Positions 55,930 to 64,000 of a stretch of DNA of 64,000 nt are shown in pieces. Made by a program: the position numbers and the translations under genes. Position 1 is the first letter of the stretch, and each line of letters opens with the position of its first letter. Where the stretch lies: the IMG/VR virus record IMGVR_UViG_3300028829_006673; one strand, written 5' to 3'. This DNA comes from a virus. Below the pieces are notes generated by a model that was not told where the DNA came from, ran no database searches, and was given only the letters and a program-made list of their open reading frames with translations.

Positions 55930-57924
55930 ATGCCAAGTAAAATTCTTGAGTACGCTGATAGTGTTATTTCAAATTTTGACACAACAAAATCAACTTTTTC
56001 TCAAGTTGAATCTTCTGGTGACTTAGTTGTCAATGGTACAAGTGAACTAAAAAATACAGTAGTAACAACTGATTCAGGTTCAAAACTTAAAATTGATACG
56101 AATGCTGATATTTCAGGTACAAGTTATTCCTTTCCAATTGAATCTGCTCCAAATGATGGTAAAAATTATTACCTAGCAGTTGATACTTTTGCAACTCCAT
56201 CTGACCAGGAATTTAAATGGAAAAGTTTTGAAACAGATTCTGTTGAATTTAAAAACTTAAAAGGAGTTGATATTACCGGAGCTGATTTGGGTGGAGTTTG
56301 TTATGTTGTAGGTATGGATGGAACAGATCCTATTATTGGTATGAAAAGAGAAAGCGCATACAATGTAATTGAATCCCAAGAAAAACTTATTGGTAGTCTC
56401 GTTTCAAATGATGATGAAATGTTGATTACTTCTGAAGCTTTTGGTAGCGGTAAATCATTAGCAAAGATTAGTGTTCGTGACCTTATTCAATCAGTTCAGA
56501 TTCTTGCTACAGATATTCAAGTAATTGGTTACGCAAATAACAAAGTAGTTACTCAAGACCAACAAGTTCGTATTGAAGTAGACAGAGATGGTTATGGTGA
56601 TACAATTGTTTCAACTTTTAACGTAGATGGATTTCTTACACAAGGATCAATTTCTTGTCAATCATTAACTATTGGTAGAAATACTACAGAAATTAGTTTG
56701 ATTGGTGATGAAGTAAGCACTTCACCAACCTTAGGATTTAACTTTATTCGTGGTGCTAAATCATTGGCTTTAGAATTTTCTGGAAGTCAAGCAATGAATG
56801 TAACTGATGATCAAGTTACTATAGGTTCCGGTGATGCTTTCCTTGAATTATCATCAAATAGCTATTTCATATCAGACGCTGAAGATTCTTTCATAAACAA
56901 TAAAGCACAAGTAACACTAGGTGACCCTTCAGCAGCCAGTATTAATTCAATTAACATTTCAAATAACTTTAGCGTTACGGTTGGTACACTAATTAATCAA
57001 AATGTTGCTATTGGTAGCGATGTTGAATTTGAGCATACACTTTCAAATACTGCTCAATTTTATTCAGAAACAGTATTTGGTAGTACCACTTCTGGATTTC
57101 CTATACTCACTGTTTCTAATGAAGATGATGCCGGAACTAAAAGAATGCTTCTTTATACAAATGGTGGCCAAACAAGATTTGACTGTTCAGCTGGATTTAT
57201 ATTTGATATGACATCTGGATATCAACTTACTCTTACAGATACTACTGGTTTAGTTTGGAATGGGCAAGCTTCTTTAGGATCTTCTTCTGCTATTTTTGAT
57301 ATGACAGGGCATAATTTTACCACTTCGCTTGAAATGAATGGAGAAGATATAACAGGTGTGGGTGAGATTACTGTAGATGATATTACCTGTAATCAATTAG
57401 TTGAAGCACAGTATCTAAGGTCAACTCTCGACATGACAGCATTGGGTCAAATAAAAGGTGTTGGTATATTTGCTCTAGATGCTGGCGGAACCTCTCAAGG
57501 TGGTCTTACATCTGATGGTAAGTTAGAATTATCAGCAGGAGCAGTATCTCCTACAATTCAACTTGATGGAGCAGACGGTAGTGCTATTTATTCAGGCGAC
57601 GTTACAGTTGTGCAAACTCTGAATTGCACAACCTTAAATGAAAGCTCATCTATCCTTCTGAAAGAAAATATTGAATCATATCAAAACGGACTTGATATGA
57701 TTATGAAAATGAATCCTGTTTCATATAATCGTATCAATGACTCTTCAAGGAAAACTGAACTAGGATTTATCGCTGAAGAAATGGAAAAATATTTACCAGA
57801 AATCGTAAATGGAAGTAATGAAACTAAAGGTATTTCTTACACTAAAATAGTTCCTGTTTTGGTGTCTGCTCTACAAGAACAGCAAAAGAAAATAAAAGAA
57901 CTTGAGAGTAAAATTTCTAAATAA
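55930..57924 (+). CDS. Short fibre/spike with C-terminal peptidase S74 chaperone
   Basis: Beta-repeat body; SSSILLKENI...MNPVSY...LGFIAEEMEKYLPEIV...ISYTKIVPVLVSALQEQ. Confidence 0.85.
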   Translation: MPSKILEYADSVISNFDTTKSTFSQVESSGDLVVNGTSELKNTVVTTDSGSKLKIDTNADISGTSYSFPIESAPNDGKNYYLAVDTFATPSDQEFKWKSFETDSVEFKNLKGVDITGADLGGVCYVVGMDGTDPIIGMKRESAYNVIESQEKLIGSLVSNDDEMLITSEAFGSGKSLAKISVRDLIQSVQILATDIQVIGYANNKVVTQDQQVRIEVDRDGYGDTIVSTFNVDGFLTQGSISCQSLTIGRNTTEISLIGDEVSTSPTLGFNFIRGAKSLALEFSGSQAMNVTDDQVTIGSGDAFLELSSNSYFISDAEDSFINNKAQVTLGDPSAASINSINISNNFSVTVGTLINQNVAIGSDVEFEHTLSNTAQFYSETVFGSTTSGFPILTVSNEDDAGTKRMLLYTNGGQTRFDCSAGFIFDMTSGYQLTLTDTTGLVWNGQASLGSSSAIFDMTGHNFTTSLEMNGEDITGVGEITVDDITCNQLVEAQYLRSTLDMTALGQIKGVGIFALDAGGTSQGGLTSDGKLELSAGAVSPTIQLDGADGSAIYSGDVTVVQTLNCTTLNESSSILLKENIESYQNGLDMIMKMNPVSYNRINDSSRKTELGFIAEEMEKYLPEIVNGSNETKGISYTKIVPVLVSALQEQQKKIKELESKISK

Positions 57925-57962
57925 TATCGAACTAAAATTTTCGTCTTTTCAAAGGGAAACAA

Positions 57963-59576
57963 ATGGCTTTTATTAGTAATAATATATCAAAGGACGACAT
58001 CTTTATCCGTGTAGGTGAGAAAGTTAAGAAAGCGGATGATCTTTCTGTAGTTTATACTGCGGTATTAAAGACTTCGTGTCAAGGAACTTTGGAAATTGAT
58101 GAAGCGGCGGCAACAACAACAGTTACCCCATTTTTCGAAGATAACAGTTTTGTTGACCGCTTGGTTGTTTTTGATAATGGACAAACAAAAATTATTACGG
58201 CTGTTTCTGACACAGATACAGTTACCGTAACACCAAACAGTCCAGAAATTCCAGCAGGTACAGGTTTCACAATCTACAATTCATCCTTTACAACAAATAG
58301 TAAAGGTCAGATGTCCTTTGGAAAGTCAACTGTTGATGTAATTATGGGTCAAGACCTTGGTATTGACTTAAATTTTGGTAGAATTAAAAATACAGCATTG
58401 CCTATTCATGCTCATGATGTAGCAAATAAGCAATATGTAGATAGCTTAAAAATTGGTAATTGGAATCACATTGAAAAATTTGAAGCAGATGGTGTCACAG
58501 AAGAATACACGGTTTCAATACCTATTTCAACTTATAATGCTATTGTGAGTGTTGGTGGTGTAATTCAGGATCCATTTGATTCTTATATTTTCATAAACAC
58601 AAATTCAGGAACTATTCTCAAATTCTATGAAGCACCTCCTGAAGAAACAATTGTAACTATTCGTACAACTACATCAACAAACCTATCTTCAAGTACCGCT
58701 CTTGAAGAACTTTTTGTTTCAACAAACCAACAAAAATATTTTTATTTAGATAATGAAGTATTTGATAAATTTGGTTTGATGGTTTCAATTGACGGTGTTG
58801 TTCAATCAACTTTAAACTATGATATTCTTACAACACCTGCCGGATTTAGAACAGAAATTCAAGATGATGGGACAACAGCAAAAATATACTATGGAAACGA
58901 ATATAAAGTTTTGAGATTTAGCGAAGGTTTGGATGATGGTGCTGTTGTTCGTGTTTTGAATATTCGTGGAAGAGGTTTCCATTCTCATAGCGGAACAACT
59001 CTTATTCTTGAAAATGATAGTCTTGTACCAAATACAGCATCACTCACAGATGGAACTTACTATAACCGTATTGATGCTAAAATTGGCGCAACAGATACTC
59101 TTATTCGTTCAAATTATGCGGAACCTACTACAGATTACGGTGTTCATAATGATGTTTTCACTGAACTTCAAGATAATGATTTCACATTTACAGTAACACA
59201 TGATATGATTGCGAATCGTGGAGGTCTTAATCTTTATGCGAATACTACCTGTGATAATTTGTACGTCAATCTTCCGGAGATGGGTGGAGAGTATTCACCT
59301 GATCAACATATGGAAGTAAAGGTAGTATGCGGAACTCAAACAGCAAATGTTTTCATCAATGCTGATGAAAACAACTTCATGAATTATGAAGGAAAATTTG
59401 ATGATCCAAGTAAAGATGGTGGAGGTGTTATTTATAATATCCAAGATAATGTACCTACTGTAATTCACCTTGAATGGGAAAGTTATTATCGCACATGGTA
59501 TATTAAATATGGAATGGGTGTGTGGCAAGTAGATGCGGACGCAATTAATTACCCAGATACATCACCAGCTCCATGA
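57963..59576 (+). CDS. Virion structural protein with two FxGDG-type beta repeats
   Basis: VANKQYVD motif; FEADG..EY.....IVSVGGVIQDP..Y....LKF.EAPP and MVSIDGVVQ...YD....LRFSEG repeats; SD AAGGGA. Confidence 0.65.
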   Translation: MAFISNNISKDDIFIRVGEKVKKADDLSVVYTAVLKTSCQGTLEIDEAAATTTVTPFFEDNSFVDRLVVFDNGQTKIITAVSDTDTVTVTPNSPEIPAGTGFTIYNSSFTTNSKGQMSFGKSTVDVIMGQDLGIDLNFGRIKNTALPIHAHDVANKQYVDSLKIGNWNHIEKFEADGVTEEYTVSIPISTYNAIVSVGGVIQDPFDSYIFINTNSGTILKFYEAPPEETIVTIRTTTSTNLSSSTALEELFVSTNQQKYFYLDNEVFDKFGLMVSIDGVVQSTLNYDILTTPAGFRTEIQDDGTTAKIYYGNEYKVLRFSEGLDDGAVVRVLNIRGRGFHSHSGTTLILENDSLVPNTASLTDGTYYNRIDAKIGATDTLIRSNYAEPTTDYGVHNDVFTELQDNDFTFTVTHDMIANRGGLNLYANTTCDNLYVNLPEMGGEYSPDQHMEVKVVCGTQTANVFINADENNFMNYEGKFDDPSKDGGGVIYNIQDNVPTVIHLEWESYYRTWYIKYGMGVWQVDADAINYPDTSPAP

Positions 59577-59587
59577 TAAAATAAATT

Positions 59588-59911
59588 ATGTTTGTAAAGA
59601 TAAGTGACCAATTTTATAATATGAACAATGTGAGATATTTTACTTATGAAAATAATCATTTAGAAATATTTTTTTTGAGTGGACTATCTACAAAAATTGA
59701 ACAAACAACTCAAGATTATAATCATTTTGTTGAGTTTATTGAAAAGAATCATTTAGCCTTTGTTGAAAAAAATATAGGCGTAAATACTAAGACATTGAAT
59801 AATTTTAATATAACTGAAAAGAAGAACAATTCTTTTTTTTTCATTGATGGTACGATACAACAATTTGATATAAGTGTAGTAAATTTAGAAAAATATATTT
59901 TAGAGGAATAA
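59588..59911 (+). CDS. Hypothetical protein (very AT-rich)
   Basis: 107-aa ORF in an operon; TAATG overlap with the next gene. Confidence 0.6.
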   Translation: MFVKISDQFYNMNNVRYFTYENNHLEIFFLSGLSTKIEQTTQDYNHFVEFIEKNHLAFVEKNIGVNTKTLNNFNITEKKNNSFFFIDGTIQQFDISVVNLEKYILEE

Positions 59912-60108
59912 TGCCACAGATTTTCAATCTTGATGGAAAACCAACATCGACAATTTCAGAACTTCGTGTTGATGTTATTAAAGATCAAAGTGCCACAATT
60001 GATATCATGACAGTAAATAGCGATCAAAGTGTTACTCTTCACAATGTTCGTGATATTTTTACAAAAGGTGGTAAACAAATTTCTGCAAATAACATCGTAA
60101 CTACATAA
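59911..60108 (+). CDS. Small hypothetical, paralog 1
   Basis: MPQIFNLDGKPTSTISELRV; coupled by TAATG overlaps on both sides. Confidence 0.7.
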   Translation: MPQIFNLDGKPTSTISELRVDVIKDQSATIDIMTVNSDQSVTLHNVRDIFTKGGKQISANNIVTT

Positions 60109-60350
60109 TGCCACAGATTTATAACTTGGGCGGAATGCCCATTCAAAGAATAAAAGAACTTCGTATAAATTCTCTTCGAAGTGTTGATGGTTTAACTCCT
60201 TACGTTTCAGTTGAAGTTGATCCGGATGATAATCAGTTAATGGTTATTTTATACAATATAAAAAATATTGTAGCAGCAGATTTTGCTGCTGACGGAACTC
60301 GTTTAGCTGATATCGACATTGATGCTGAAGATATCAAATTTACCACATAA
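60108..60350 (+). CDS. Small hypothetical, paralog 2
   Basis: MPQIYNLGGMPIQRIKELRI, clearly similar to the preceding ORF. Confidence 0.7.
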   Translation: MPQIYNLGGMPIQRIKELRINSLRSVDGLTPYVSVEVDPDDNQLMVILYNIKNIVAADFAADGTRLADIDIDAEDIKFTT

Positions 60351-60370
60351 CATTTTTATAGAGAGTAATT

Positions 60371-60640
60371 GTGGCTGGAGGTGTTCTCAACTTAGCAGGT
60401 ATCACAGTTTTCAAAGCAAACAATGGTGTCATTGAAATACCGAATGAAACTCAGATTAAAGGAATTACTGATACTCAAGACATTTTTATTGATCAAGCTT
60501 CTTTTGATGTAAATACAAATAAATTGACTCTTGAAACAGTAACAGGTAATCAAATAACAGTTGATTTAAGTTCTCTATCAAATAAATTAACAGGAACAGC
60601 ATCACAAGACGCAACAGCCTTAGCTATTGCTCTTGGATAA
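60371..60640 (+). CDS. Small virion structural protein ending in ALAIALG (GTG start)
   Basis: C-terminal ATALAIALG motif, common in T4-like structural proteins; ASFD...LTL...G..I.VDLSSL. Confidence 0.7.
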   Translation: MAGGVLNLAGITVFKANNGVIEIPNETQIKGITDTQDIFIDQASFDVNTNKLTLETVTGNQITVDLSSLSNKLTGTASQDATALAIALG

Positions 60641-60667
60641 TTTTTAACATCATTCTATAGACAAGAC

Positions 60668-63600
60668 ATGCCAAAACAAACATTAGGTCTCGGAGTAGCC
60701 GCTAACGATAATACTGGTGATACCTTACGGTTGGGTGGTCAAAAAATCAATGACAACTTTAATGAGATTTATAATGCGTTAAGTACTGACGGTACAACCA
60801 TCACCTTTGATGCCAGTTCCATGGACTTAGATTCACTAGTTGATGTTGACCTCACAACAAATGCGCCAACAAATGAACAGTATCTTCAGTTCAACGGTGT
60901 AAAATGGGTGCCTGTCACTCATGAAGTTGATGGTCGTGTAACAGGTCACTTAGTTCCTGACGCAAATGTCACTTGGGATTTGGGTTCTTCAACACATCGC
61001 TTTCGTGATCTATACCTTTCGAATAACACATTACATCTTGGTAACATATCTATCTCTGCTGGACCAAATGGTATTGAGCAAAAGAATGTCTTAGGTGTTT
61101 ATGATTGTGTAATCAATCCACATGTCATGGGTAATGGTGTTTATGCGAATAGTATCTCAGTGACTGCTGTAGGAACTTTACCTGATGTAGTCAATCCTTT
61201 TAGTGATATGACAGAGCGTTCTTTCCCAGGATTGAATATCAACACAAGAAATCCTGTACAACCTTTGGAAGGTGTAAAGTTCACACTTAGTTATGTTTCA
61301 AATGGCGTAGCAAAAACATTCTCTACACTTAAAAGTGACCATGATTATATTAGCAATCCTCCAAAAGATACAAATAAATTTGCTGAAGATTTAATGTCTT
61401 TTGGTTCGTATGGTACATTGACAGTTTATAACCGTGAACCTTTAGTTGATGGTGTTGCTGAAGAAATAGCAAATGCCTCTCAAGTTGTTCTTACAATTAC
61501 AAAAGAATTTGTTCCAGCAGAACCTGAAGTTTCAGCAGAAGAATTAGAAGAAAGTGATGTTGTTGTTGATACAAGTGATATTAACTTGTTCTCGTATTCA
61601 GAAACTCCAATCGGAACAGCAAATGGAAATTGGCATTTTGACCCTTTAGGTTCATACGAAACATCAGACATAGCAGGTGTGAGTAAAGAACATCTACCCG
61701 GTTTGGACACATCTCTTTTCACAGATGCTGAAGATACAGCCACAAACTTCATTGACAATTACCCTGGATTTCAACCTGGTATTGAATCACAAGTAAAAAT
61801 TACAAAACCTACTGGTGAGGTTGTAACTTATGGTCCAGTACCAGATCATCGAAAAACAGAACCAGGTATTTCAGGGTTTCAAATTACTGGTTATAAAACA
61901 ATTAGATTGATTGGTGATGCTGCTACTGACTATAGCACAGGAACAAGTTTCGCTTTTGAAATCAAACAAGTAGCAACAGATAATATAATTACAGGATCTT
62001 TAATTCCAGATACTGATGTTGTTTATGATTTGGGTTCACCTTCAAAAAGATTCCGAGACCTTTATATTAGTGGAAGTTCAATTCATTTTGGAACACAAAA
62101 GATTTCAGATGAGAATGGTCAAATTAAATTTAGCGCACCTCTCGCTCCCTTTGAAGCAAACACCGAAGTTTATTTCACAACAGATAAATTTGTAAGCACT
62201 CACCCAAGACAACTTACATTCAATGATGATTTACCAGGAGTCATTGTTGATGTTCTCAACATGAAAACAACTATTGAACCTGAATATGATATTAACTTAA
62301 AAATTAATGTTGCTCAAGGACCAACTACTCTACATAATGAAATTGATGTAGTAGCTGATCGACTTCTTTCTGCGACAAGTGAGGCTGTAATTGCTTCTCA
62401 CGATGAAATTGAATTTGTAAAACAACCCGGTAATCGTATTAACGGTGTTGTTGAGGCGAATCTAAGAAATCCTGAGCATCGCTATATTGGTCTTCGTAAA
62501 GGTTATTATGCTACTTTAAAAGTTAAACTATCTGATGGACCAAATCGGCTTATAGCAGAAATCGACAGTATGAATCATTTTCGTCCAGAAGAACATTATC
62601 AATTTCAAAACTCTTCAGATCCAGAAATAAGTATCGTACAGTTTACGCATGGATGGCCAGATGTACTTGATGGTTTAGACCCTAGTGATGAAGGCTATTT
62701 TGAAATAAATGCTCAACATCAACCAATATTGTATATGCGAAGGCCTGACACTGGAGAAATTCTTGAAGTACCAAGACGCAGTGGATTTAAAGATAATATT
62801 GACAGAGAAATTTATTCTGGTGGAGATTTTTTCACAGAGGGCTTAGATACAGCGAATAAGAGAACAGGTAACTTCTGGGTATATAACCAATTATTAAAAT
62901 CAGATGGTTCAAAAGTTGATGGTAAACAATACTCAGATTATCTCAAACTTATTCGTGCAGAAAATAATAATGGTACTTGGGTTGATGATGGTGGTGTTAC
63001 AAGGTCAGCAGTTTGGGTTGAATATTACAAAATAAGTCAGAGTGAAGAAGCTCTTGTAAATGTTTATCATCCACTTACAAAAGACAAGCCAGTAGAACAT
63101 TCAAATTATTTTCAATTCACAAGTAAAAACCGAATCAAATTAATCAAAGGTACTCGTTCTGATAGCAAAGCCATAGACTTTGTAAAAAAAGCTTATGAAG
63201 ACCAAAGTAAAGAACTTAGTCTTACATTGACAATCAATCGTCAAGACCGTGTTGAATATAATCTGAAACCAGCAGGATCAGTTTTTGATGCCACAAAAAG
63301 TGTTTCTGCTAATTATCCCGACCAAGTTGGTTCAAATACTTTTGTAGTTGTAAACAGCCGTTGCTTGAGTTTATTAAATCCTGACATTTATAATAATTAT
63401 AAACAAGGATATTTGGCGAGAAGACCTCATCTATGGTTTGATCCAAAGAAAGCTTCTCTTGAACTCTCAATCACTAAATTTGACCCAACAAAGAAAGGTG
63501 ATGTTCTTACAGCAGAAGGTGAACAAAATCTTGAAAATAAAACTCTTGGTAAGGAAGGTTCACCGACCTATATTGATGGTCATTTTATTCCTACACAAAA

Positions 63601-64000
63601 TATAGCTTATGATTTAGGAAGTCCTGAAAATCGTTTCCGTGATTTGTATATTAGTGCTGATTCTTTGAATATTGGTGGAACAAAACTTTCAACAAAAGGT
63701 GGCTCTCTTACAGTCGCAACAGTTGAAAGCATTTCAAAAATGATTCCTGACAATAAAAATTCTTATTTTCCTCAATGGTCTGTAGGGAATACAGATTGGA
63801 GCGGTAAGATTGGTAATAAAATCACTCTCTACTGTGGACATCCTGGCGATGACGATAATGAACATGACACTCCTCTTGTAAGCGGAGATGGTTATGATGA
63901 TTCTTGGGCAGCACGTGACAAACCATGGAATGATAATTATAACTATAGTTTATTCTGCGACTTGAAACAGCAAGTTACAGTTCATAAAGAATTTCCTATA
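60668..64000 (+). CDS. gp9/gp10-type baseplate-anchored fibre protein (3' truncated by window edge)
   Basis: Not in the supplied ORF track, consistent with no stop before the edge. Starts MPKQTLGLGVAANDNTGDTLRLGGQKINDNFNEIY (T4 gp9/gp10 N-terminal motif). Three copies of G.LIP.....DLGS...RFRDLY.S..S...G. Confidence 0.85.
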   Translation, partial: MPKQTLGLGVAANDNTGDTLRLGGQKINDNFNEIYNALSTDGTTITFDASSMDLDSLVDVDLTTNAPTNEQYLQFNGVKWVPVTHEVDGRVTGHLVPDANVTWDLGSSTHRFRDLYLSNNTLHLGNISISAGPNGIEQKNVLGVYDCVINPHVMGNGVYANSISVTAVGTLPDVVNPFSDMTERSFPGLNINTRNPVQPLEGVKFTLSYVSNGVAKTFSTLKSDHDYISNPPKDTNKFAEDLMSFGSYGTLTVYNREPLVDGVAEEIANASQVVLTITKEFVPAEPEVSAEELEESDVVVDTSDINLFSYSETPIGTANGNWHFDPLGSYETSDIAGVSKEHLPGLDTSLFTDAEDTATNFIDNYPGFQPGIESQVKITKPTGEVVTYGPVPDHRKTEPGISGFQITGYKTIRLIGDAATDYSTGTSFAFEIKQVATDNIITGSLIPDTDVVYDLGSPSKRFRDLYISGSSIHFGTQKISDENGQIKFSAPLAPFEANTEVYFTTDKFVSTHPRQLTFNDDLPGVIVDVLNMKTTIEPEYDINLKINVAQGPTTLHNEIDVVADRLLSATSEAVIASHDEIEFVKQPGNRINGVVEANLRNPEHRYIGLRKGYYATLKVKLSDGPNRLIAEIDSMNHFRPEEHYQFQNSSDPEISIVQFTHGWPDVLDGLDPSDEGYFEINAQHQPILYMRRPDTGEILEVPRRSGFKDNIDREIYSGGDFFTEGLDTANKRTGNFWVYNQLLKSDGSKVDGKQYSDYLKLIRAENNNGTWVDDGGVTRSAVWVEYYKISQSEEALVNVYHPLTKDKPVEHSNYFQFTSKNRIKLIKGTRSDSKAIDFVKKAYEDQSKELSLTLTINRQDRVEYNLKPAGSVFDATKSVSANYPDQVGSNTFVVVNSRCLSLLNPDIYNNYKQGYLARRPHLWFDPKKASLELSITKFDPTKKGDVLTAEGEQNLENKTLGKEGSPTYIDGHFIPTQNIAYDLGSPENRFRDLYISADSLNIGGTKLSTKGGSLTVATVESISKMIPDNKNSYFPQWSVGNTDWSGKIGNKITLYCGHPGDDDNEHDTPLVSGDGYDDSWAARDKPWNDNYNYSLFCDLKQQVTVHKEFPI

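Noticed and set aside
61480-61758. 92-aa minus-strand ORF
   Set aside because: Antisense to the long open plus-strand fibre frame starting at 60668.
1-64000. tRNA, rRNA or transposase genes
   Set aside because: Intergenic gaps are short (mostly under 110 nt) and show no cloverleaf or T-loop signatures; no DDE, integrase or recombinase motifs were seen in any ORF.

Overview
This 64 kb window is the late (virion morphogenesis) region of a large, AT-rich T4-like myovirus; the host cannot be assigned from the sequence. It holds the T4-type head/tail core in canonical order (gp17 C-term, gp18, gp19, gp20, gp67, gp68-like, gp21, gp22, gp23), with nATAAATA late-promoter boxes and two clear rho-independent terminators. 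A mixed-strand island follows (2H phosphoesterase, internal-head-like protein, RNA ligase 1, a relocated gp13). The remaining ~42 kb encodes baseplate, fibre and adhesin genes: a VrlC/DUF4815 protein, three S74-chaperone fibres, a GT47 glycosyltransferase, giant Ig-repeat/Calx-beta/vWA proteins, and a gp9/10-type fibre running off the right edge. The most unusual signals are four. (1) Ig-like repeats appear split three times across gene boundaries, with both halves retained in consecutive ORFs. (2) A 1673-aa protein sits in the gp68 position, with a gp68-like domain only at its extreme C-terminus. (3) A small late protein starts with a copy of the predicted mature N-terminus of the major capsid protein. 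(4) A 2H phosphoesterase carries a capsid-targeting-like leader. No tRNA, CRISPR array, DGR or intein was seen. All family assignments come from motif recognition by eye, not database searches.
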